NCBI GenBank assembly: GCA_963748815.1
Contig: CAVVKJ010000013.1
Span: forward strand, 1 to 21,244
From: an uncultured Gemmatimonadales bacterium
GTDB taxonomy: Bacteria > Gemmatimonadota > Gemmatimonadetes > Gemmatimonadales > GWC2-71-9
Direction of reading: 5' to 3'
DNA length: 21,244 bases
The notes beneath the pieces were generated by a model. It had not been told where the DNA came from. It saw nothing but the letters and a program-made list of their open reading frames with translations, and searched no databases. A program made the translations under genes and the position numbers. Each line of letters starts with the position of its first letter. Within the stretch, counting starts at the first letter, position 1. Below, in pieces: positions 15,048 through 21,244 of the stretch.

Positions 15048-18000
15048 GTGTTCACTCACCTGCACGTCCACACTCATTTCTCCTTCGGCTTCGGCGCCTC
15101 CAGCCCGGCAGCGCTGGTCGAGGCCGCCATCGCGCGCGGCTTCCGCACCCTCGCCTGTACCGACACCAACGGCGTATACGGAGCGGTGGAGTTCCAGCAG
15201 GCCGCCGAGTCGGCGGGCATCCGCCCCATCCTCGGCGCGCACCTGCAACTCGGTAACCAGGACGCAATCGCGCTGGCGACAGACGAGAAGGGCTGGGGGG
15301 CGTTGTGCCGGGCAGTAACACAGATCCACTGGGGCGGAGGCGGGGAAGCGGGGAAGCGGGGAAGCGGGGAAGTCTCGTTGGCCGAGATTGTCGCGCCTGA
15401 CCGGAACGGCCTGATCCTTCTTTCCCGCTCGATTGCGTTCCTCGAGCGTGTCCGTGCGCTGAGCGGACCCGGCGACCTCTACGCCGAACTGGTGCCGGGC
15501 CGCGAACGGCACGGCGTGCTGGCTGCCGCGCGGCGGGTGGGCCTGCCCGCCGTGGCCACCAACGCCGTCGCCTTCGCCAACCCAGAAGACTGGGCCCGCC
15601 ACCGGCTGCTGGTCGCAATCGGCAACAACACGACATTGACGGCGTTGGAGGCAGCACCGGCCCCGCTTCCCCGCTTCCCCGCTTCCCCGCCAAACTCTTG
15701 GCTTCGCCCGGCAAGCGACCTGTTCCACAACTTCCCCGACTGTCCCGAGGCCCTCACCGCCGCGGACGAGATCGCCGACCGGTGCCGCTGGCGCATTCCG
15801 CTCGGCCGAGTCGTGCCGCCGCGGATGACCGACCGCACCGATGCCTTCGAGCAACTCCGCGCGCTCGCCTATGCCGGCGCCGAGCGGCGCTACGGCACCG
15901 TGGCGCCCGTCACCCGCGACCGCCTGGAGCATGAGCTGGCCATCATCGGGATGAAGGGATTCTCGGACTACTTCCTCGTGGTGCACGACATCGTCGCCCA
16001 CGGCCCCACCCACTGCGGCCGCGGCTCCGTCGCCAATTCGGTGGTGAGCTACTGTCTCGGCATCACCCACGTGGAGCCCCTCGGCGCCGGGCTTCTCTTC
16101 GAGCGATTCCTCAACCCGGCGCGCACCGACCCGCCGGACATCGACCTCGACTTCCCCTGGGATGAGCGGGACCGCGTGCTGGCCTATGTCTTCCGCCGCT
16201 ACCCATTCCCCCGCGCGGCGATGGTGGCCAACCACAACTGCTTCCGGCTCCGCGGCGCGCTCCGCGAGGTGGCCAAGGTGCATGGCCGCCCCGCCGGCGA
16301 AATCCGCGAGGTCACCCGACGCATCCCCTGGTATCACGAGGGGGAACCGCTCGACAGCCTCCTCGCCACCCACCCGAATTTCCAGGGACTCGACCTGCCG
16401 AAGGCGTGGCAGGGCTTCGCGCGCGAGGCGGAACCGCTGGTCGGCGTGCCCAGGCACCTATCGCTGCATCCCGGTGGCGTGGTCATCGTGCCGACGGCGC
16501 TGACCGATCACGTGCCGCTGGAGCGTGCCGTCAAGAAGCTCGACGGTGCACCGGAACTGACCGTCCCCGTCATCCAGTTCGAGAAGGACGGCGCCGAAGA
16601 CGCCGGCCTCGTCAAGATCGATCTCCTCGGCAACCGCTCGCTCGCCGTCATTCGCGACGCCATCAGTGCGGTGCGTGCAAACACCGGACGCCAGATCGAC
16701 TATACCTCGCAGGACGCGGGCGACGACCCAGCCACGAAGGCGCTCTTCCGCACCGGGCAGACGATGGGCGTCTTCTACACCGAGAGTCCCGCGTCGCGGC
16801 AGCTCTGCGCCAAGTCCCGCGCCGATACCTTCGAGTTACTGGTGCTCAACACCAGCATCATCCGCCCTGCGTCGAACCGTTTCATCCGGCAGTACCTGTC
16901 GCGGCTGCACGGCGAACCCTATGAGCCGCTCCACCCCGTGCTCCGCGACACCCTGGCGGAGACCTTCGGGATCATGGTGTACCAGGAGGACGTGGTGCAC
17001 GTGTGCCAGGCGTACGCCGGGATGTCGCTGGCCGACGCCGATGGCCTCCGCAAGTCGCTGCAGAAGAAGCGCCCCGCCAAGCTGCTGGCGTCGTACGCGC
17101 AGGAGTTCCTCCGGGGCGCCCGCTCTCTCGGCCGGGACGACGCCGTCACCGAGCAGGTCTGGCAGATGGTGATGTCCTTTTCCGGCTACAGCTTCTGCAA
17201 GGGGCACTCGGCATCGTACATCCAGGTGGCGCAGCAGGCCTGCTACCTCCGCGCCAACTACCCGGCGGAGTTCATGGCCGCGGTGCTCGCCAACGGCGGC
17301 GGCTTCTATCACCCGTTCGCGTACGTGGCCGAGGCGCGGCGGATGGGCGTCACCATCCTGCCGCCGGACGTGAATGCCAGCGAGATCCGCACTACTGGCA
17401 ACGGGAACGAACTGCGGATCGGACTGCAGTTCATTACGAGCCTGTCGGCAAAGGGCGCCGAGTCAATCACATCGGCACGCTGCGTGGACGTCCCCCCTCT
17501 CCATATCATGGAGAGGGGGACAGGGGGTGAGGTGGAACAGCCGGGCAGGGAGGCCGGGAGGCAGGGAGGCGGCACGGAAGCAGGGACGAACAGCATGGAC
17601 CCCGGCTTTCGCCGGGGTGACAGCGCGCCGCGGAGAACGCCGTATCACGACCTCTCCGATCTCCACGTTCGCGCACGCCTGTCGCACGACGATCTCCGCA
17701 CGCTGATCAAGGCTGGCGCCTGCGACAGCATCGCCCACGGGATGACCCGGCCGATGATGTTGTGGATGGTGGACAGCGGGGAGGCGGGAAAGCGGGGAAG
17801 CGGGGAGGTGGAGTTCCTTCCCCGCATCCCCGCGTCCCCGCCTCTGCCCGATTACTCAGCGGAGCGCTGCCGCCAGGACCAGTACTCCGCCCTCGGCTTC
17901 CTCACCGCACATCATCCAATGGCGCTCTACGCGGACCGCTTGCGGCGCTTCCGGCTGGTGAAGAGCCCCGACCTGCCGAGGCACATCGGCCAGAGCGTCG

Positions 18001-18260
18001 TGCTGGCCGGGATGCTCACCACCGCCAAGCCGGTGCATACGGCCGCTGACGAACCGATGCAGTTCGCCACCTTCGACGACGGCGACGGACTGGTGGAGGC
18101 CGTGCTGTTTCCGGAGGTGTATCGAAAGCGGGGGCACGTGTTGTTCGACCAGGGCCCCTTCCTCATCCGCGCGAAGGTGGAGGAGGAGTTCGGGGCCATC
18201 ACCGTGACCGTGACCCACCTTGAACGGGTGGACCGGATGCTGGCCCGGCAGGGCGCCTGA
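15048..18260 (+). CDS. dnaE2: Error-prone DNA polymerase III alpha subunit (DnaE2-type)
   Basis: PHP domain HLHVHT...TDTNG with degenerate ATNAVAF. GRGSVANS, LLFERFLN, catalytic PPDIDLD, KIDLLG and YSFCKGHS, then an OB fold with a short C-terminus. Located in a damage-response cassette. Confidence 0.93.
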   Translation: MFTHLHVHTHFSFGFGASSPAALVEAAIARGFRTLACTDTNGVYGAVEFQQAAESAGIRPILGAHLQLGNQDAIALATDEKGWGALCRAVTQIHWGGGGEAGKRGSGEVSLAEIVAPDRNGLILLSRSIAFLERVRALSGPGDLYAELVPGRERHGVLAAARRVGLPAVATNAVAFANPEDWARHRLLVAIGNNTTLTALEAAPAPLPRFPASPPNSWLRPASDLFHNFPDCPEALTAADEIADRCRWRIPLGRVVPPRMTDRTDAFEQLRALAYAGAERRYGTVAPVTRDRLEHELAIIGMKGFSDYFLVVHDIVAHGPTHCGRGSVANSVVSYCLGITHVEPLGAGLLFERFLNPARTDPPDIDLDFPWDERDRVLAYVFRRYPFPRAAMVANHNCFRLRGALREVAKVHGRPAGEIREVTRRIPWYHEGEPLDSLLATHPNFQGLDLPKAWQGFAREAEPLVGVPRHLSLHPGGVVIVPTALTDHVPLERAVKKLDGAPELTVPVIQFEKDGAEDAGLVKIDLLGNRSLAVIRDAISAVRANTGRQIDYTSQDAGDDPATKALFRTGQTMGVFYTESPASRQLCAKSRADTFELLVLNTSIIRPASNRFIRQYLSRLHGEPYEPLHPVLRDTLAETFGIMVYQEDVVHVCQAYAGMSLADADGLRKSLQKKRPAKLLASYAQEFLRGARSLGRDDAVTEQVWQMVMSFSGYSFCKGHSASYIQVAQQACYLRANYPAEFMAAVLANGGGFYHPFAYVAEARRMGVTILPPDVNASEIRTTGNGNELRIGLQFITSLSAKGAESITSARCVDVPPLHIMERGTGGEVEQPGREAGRQGGGTEAGTNSMDPGFRRGDSAPRRTPYHDLSDLHVRARLSHDDLRTLIKAGACDSIAHGMTRPMMLWMVDSGEAGKRGSGEVEFLPRIPASPPLPDYSAERCRQDQYSALGFLTAHHPMALYADRLRRFRLVKSPDLPRHIGQSVVLAGMLTTAKPVHTAADEPMQFATFDDGDGLVEAVLFPEVYRKRGHVLFDQGPFLIRAKVEEEFGAITVTVTHLERVDRMLARQGA
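15340..15371 (+). repeat. (GCGGGGAA)x4 perfect tandem repeat in the dnaE2 PHP domain
   Basis: Four exact copies, encoding GEAGKRGSGE. Confidence 0.92.
15659..15690 (-). repeat. Same 8-mer array in reverse orientation in dnaE2
   Basis: GGCCCCGC followed by (TTCCCCGC)x3, encoding APLPRFPASP. Confidence 0.9.
17493..17532. repeat. REP-like palindromic element inside dnaE2
   Basis: CCCCCTCTCCAT-ATC-ATGGAGAGGGGG (12-bp perfect stem) followed by ACAGGGGGTGAGG. Confidence 0.8.
17540..17571 (+). repeat. Degenerate 8-mer array (GGGAGGCN) inside dnaE2
   Basis: GCCGGGCA GGGAGGCC GGGAGGCA GGGAGGCG. The GGGAGGCA unit also occurs at 12061. Confidence 0.65.
17596..17621. repeat. REP/RPE-like palindrome inside dnaE2
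   Basis: TGG-ACCCCGGC-TTTC-GCCGGGGT-GAC, an 8-bp perfect stem with a GAAA loop on the minus strand, encoding MDPGFRRGD. Confidence 0.75.
17776..17841. repeat. Head-to-head inverted 8-mer arrays in dnaE2
   Basis: GCGGGGAG GCGGGAAA GCGGGGAA GCGGGGAG, a 10-nt spacer, then TTCCCCGC ATCCCCGC GTCCCCGC. Confidence 0.88.
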
Positions 18261-18327
18261 CCGGGGTGCCGGAGGGCCGCGCCCGGCGTATCTTGGAGGC
18301 TGGCCCCTTCCCACTGCCGAGAGCCGG

Positions 18328-20790
18328 ATGCGCCACTCCCCGCTGACTTGTGCCCTGCTCCTGCTGACGCTGGCCGCCCCGGCAGCCGGCCAGACGTTGC
18401 CGACCGCCAAGACTTCCCCGCAGCCAGCCGCCGACACCCTTCCGCCGGCCGCGGTCCCGGTCCCGGAAATCCCGACCCGGGCCGCGGCGACGGAGGCCCG
18501 CCTCGATGAAATCTGGCAGACGCTCCCCCCGGATCGCACGATCACGCGCGTGGCCGCCGCCTATGAGGCGGCACGGGACACGATCAATGCGGTGCTGGAG
18601 CTGCAGAAGCGCCCCGGCCAGGAGCAGCCGACCAAGCGGACACTCACCGATTTGCACAACGAGTGGATTCGCCGGACCGACCAGATGCGCGCCTGGCAAC
18701 AATCGATCAGTGATCGCACCGGCACCATGGCCGGCATCCAGACCGAACTGATTCGCCGCGACAGCACCTGGCGCCTCACCCGGGCCGAGGCCAGGAAGGC
18801 CGAGGCCGCCCCGGACGTGATGGACCTGGTGGACAACATCCTGCAGCGCAATACGGTGCTGAAGGACACGGTCGAAGCGAGAATCGTCGCCGTGGTCCGG
18901 CTCCAGTCACAGATCACCCGCACGGTGGCCCTGTTGCAGCAGGAAGATGACCGAACCGCCGAGCAGTTGGCCTCCCTGCGACGCAACCTGCTCCGCCTCG
19001 ACTCGCCCCCGCTCTGGCGCAGCCTGGGCCGCGCCGACGGCGGGCCCGGACCGGAGCCCTCGCTCCGGGTAGGCGCGGCTCGCACCTGGCAGGAGCTGAC
19101 CTACTTCCACGAGGCGTATCGGCTCCCGATCTACTTCCACCTCGCGTCCACGCTTGGCATCCTGATCGCCGCGTTCTGGTTCCGCGGCAAACTTGACCGG
19201 CACACGACGGAGCAACCGGCGGCGAACGCGCGCCGCATCCTTGACCACCCCGTCGCGGGGGCGTGGCTGGCCGTCACGGTGGCCGCCCTCTTCCTCTATC
19301 CACGGGCGCCGCTCTCGGTCTACGATCTTGCGCTGGTCGCCGGGGTGCCGGCGCTGCTGGTTCTGCTGCCCGGCCTGCTCCCGCCATCCCTGATCCGCCC
19401 GGCCACCGCCTGGTCGCTCCTGTTCGCCGTCCAGCGGGTGGGCGTCCTGTTCGTGACGCAGTCGACGTACCAGCGGGCCGGCAGCCTGGCAGTTTCCGTG
19501 GTCGGCGCAGTCATCCTCCTTCGGCTGCTCCGCCCGGGCGCCCCGCTGCAGGCGCTGGGGGCCGACGGTTACGGCACGGCCGTGCGTCTGGCCGCGCGCC
19601 TCTCGGCGGGGACACTGCTGATCGCTGCGGGCTCCAACGTCCTCGGCAACACCTCGCTCGCCTTCTTCCTGACCTCGGGCACCGTGGCGAGCGCCTATCT
19701 CCTCCTCGTCGTCCTCGCAGCGGTGCAACTCTTCGACGGGATGTTGATCGTGGCGACCCTCTCCGAGGCCGCGGGGGCATCGCGGTTCGTGGCCCAACGG
19801 AAAGACAAACTGGTGCGGGACGGCGTTCGACTGGTCCAACTCGGGTCGGCGCTCGCCTGGGTCGTCATCACGCTGACCGTCTTCGACGTGATGGACCCGC
19901 TGTGGGCGTTCATGCGGCAGGCTCTGGGCGCCTCGCGTTCCCTGGGCGAGCTCCATCTCTCCCTCGGCGGCATCCTGGTGTTCGTCACCACGGTCTGGGT
20001 GAGCGTCCTGTTGAGCCGCGCCGTTGCCAGCGTGCTCGAAATGGACGTCCTCTCCCGGCTCGACATGCCGAAGGGACTCCCGAGCGTCATCGGGCGCCTC
20101 AGCCGCTACACCCTCATTGCCCTCGGGTTCATCTTCGCGCTGGCCGCGACGGGCCTCGACATCACTTCGCTGACCATCCTGGGTGGCGCCCTCGGCGTCG
20201 GCGTCGGATTCGGACTCCAGACCATCGTCAGCAATTTCGTGGCGGGCCTCATCCTGGCATTCGAACGCCCGATCCGGGAAGGCGACCTCATCCAGCTCGA
20301 AACGCTGACGGGCACGGTGCTCCGGATCGGTTTCCGCGCCACCGTGGTCCGGACCTTCGAGGGCGCGGAGGTCATCGTGCCGAACGCCTCGCTGATCTCC
20401 AAGGACGTCGTCAACTGGACCCTCTCCGACCAGCAGCGCCGGCTCACCGTCGCCGTCGGCGTCGCATACGGCACCGATCCGGCACAGGTCATGGGCATCC
20501 TCCTCGAGGTGCCCCACCAGTTCCCGTCGATCCTCAAGACGCCGGAACCGATCGCGCTCTTCACCGGTTTTGGCGACAGCGCCCTGAACTTCGAGCTGCG
20601 CTTCTGGACAGTGGACAGCGACCGGTTCGCCATCCTCCGGAGCGAGGTCACCACCGCGGTGAACAACGCGCTCGTCGCCGCCGGCGTCGAAATCCCGTTC
20701 CCGCAGCGCGACCTCCACCTCCGCAGCGTGGACGCGCCGGCCGCGGCCCAGCTGCGCAGCGCCCCGACCGACACCAGGGAGGCCACCTGA
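18328..20790 (+). CDS. Large MscS-family (MscK-like) mechanosensitive channel
   Basis: Signal peptide, periplasmic coiled coil and many TM helices. GALGVGVGFGLQTIVSNFVAGLILAFERPIREGD, VGVAYGTD and IPFPQRDLHLRS motifs. Start placed at ATG 18328. Confidence 0.93.
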   Translation: MRHSPLTCALLLLTLAAPAAGQTLPTAKTSPQPAADTLPPAAVPVPEIPTRAAATEARLDEIWQTLPPDRTITRVAAAYEAARDTINAVLELQKRPGQEQPTKRTLTDLHNEWIRRTDQMRAWQQSISDRTGTMAGIQTELIRRDSTWRLTRAEARKAEAAPDVMDLVDNILQRNTVLKDTVEARIVAVVRLQSQITRTVALLQQEDDRTAEQLASLRRNLLRLDSPPLWRSLGRADGGPGPEPSLRVGAARTWQELTYFHEAYRLPIYFHLASTLGILIAAFWFRGKLDRHTTEQPAANARRILDHPVAGAWLAVTVAALFLYPRAPLSVYDLALVAGVPALLVLLPGLLPPSLIRPATAWSLLFAVQRVGVLFVTQSTYQRAGSLAVSVVGAVILLRLLRPGAPLQALGADGYGTAVRLAARLSAGTLLIAAGSNVLGNTSLAFFLTSGTVASAYLLLVVLAAVQLFDGMLIVATLSEAAGASRFVAQRKDKLVRDGVRLVQLGSALAWVVITLTVFDVMDPLWAFMRQALGASRSLGELHLSLGGILVFVTTVWVSVLLSRAVASVLEMDVLSRLDMPKGLPSVIGRLSRYTLIALGFIFALAATGLDITSLTILGGALGVGVGFGLQTIVSNFVAGLILAFERPIREGDLIQLETLTGTVLRIGFRATVVRTFEGAEVIVPNASLISKDVVNWTLSDQQRRLTVAVGVAYGTDPAQVMGILLEVPHQFPSILKTPEPIALFTGFGDSALNFELRFWTVDSDRFAILRSEVTTAVNNALVAAGVEIPFPQRDLHLRSVDAPAAAQLRSAPTDTREAT

Positions 20791-21244
20791 TGCCACGATC
20801 CTTCCGCTCGCTCACCACCGCCACCGCGTGCCTCGGCCTCTTCCTGGTGTGCGCCGGCGACCCGCCGACCACGACGCTCCCGCCGGGCTCGGCCCAGGTG
20901 CGGCTGGAACAGGTCGTCACCGGTCTGAACATGCCGGTCCTCGTCACCGCGGCGCCAGGCGACACCAGCCGTCTCTTTATCGTGGAGAAGCGGGGTACCG
21001 TCAGGATCATCAAGAATGGCGTCCTGCTCACCACGCCATTCATTGACCTGAGCAGCCGGGTCTCTACGCAAAGCGAGCAAGGTCTCCTCGGCATGGCCTT
21101 CCATCCGACCGACGGCCGGGTCGTGCTGAGCTTCACGGTCCCCGGCAGCACCGGCGGCGGGACCAGCCGGATCGCCACGTTCACGACGGGCGCCGACCCC
21201 GACGTGCTCGACCCCGCCACGGAGCAGGTGGTCATCGAGATAAG
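20790..21244 (+). CDS. PQQ-dependent glucose/sorbosone dehydrogenase family protein, N-terminal part (runs off the window edge)
   Basis: Not in the ORF track. MPRSFRSLTTATACLGLFLVC...VVTGLNMPV...PGDTSRLFIVEKRGTVRII...PFIDLSSRV...EQGLLGMAFHP. GGGAGG RBS and TGATG overlap. Confidence 0.88.
   Translation, partial: MPRSFRSLTTATACLGLFLVCAGDPPTTTLPPGSAQVRLEQVVTGLNMPVLVTAAPGDTSRLFIVEKRGTVRIIKNGVLLTTPFIDLSSRVSTQSEQGLLGMAFHPTDGRVVLSFTVPGSTGGGTSRIATFTTGADPDVLDPATEQVVIEI

Noticed and set aside
17481..17639. Intein or intron in dnaE2
   Set aside because: The insertion starts with Cys but is far too short and lacks the terminal His-Asn followed by Cys/Ser/Thr. It has no group I or II intron features.
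12053..17841. CRISPR array or IS element as the source of the repeats
   Set aside because: The units are 7-8 bp and tandem, with no unique spacers, and there is no cas or transposase gene in the window.

Overview
A 21.2-kb, very GC-rich bacterial window. Gene content, especially the kinase-TolB-like-TPR protein, suggests Gemmatimonadota, but this is an inference. Positions 1-10171 are a run of minus-strand genes: a partial APC amino-acid permease, a stand-alone PAS protein, a Ser/Thr kinase-TPR protein, a secreted protein, a truncated CPBP protease fragment, a membrane protein, an amidohydrolase, a lipoprotein, a DUF5107-TPR protein and a 4-TM protein. A BBE-family FAD oxidoreductase follows on the plus strand. 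The most notable part (11815-18260) is a DNA-damage mutagenesis cassette with no imuA or lexA in the window. A sigma70-like promoter overlaps a symmetric operator-like palindrome. Downstream lie a 54-aa Cys-rich zinc-ribbon microprotein missed by the ORF track, an SplB-like radical SAM protein, a DinB-like protein lacking two catalytic acids, tag and dnaE2. Three of these genes carry in-frame 7- and 8-mer tandem repeats and REP/RPE-like palindromes that I did not find in the flanking genes. The window ends with an MscS/MscK-like channel and a partial PQQ-type sugar dehydrogenase. All family calls are from motif recognition by eye; no database searches were run.
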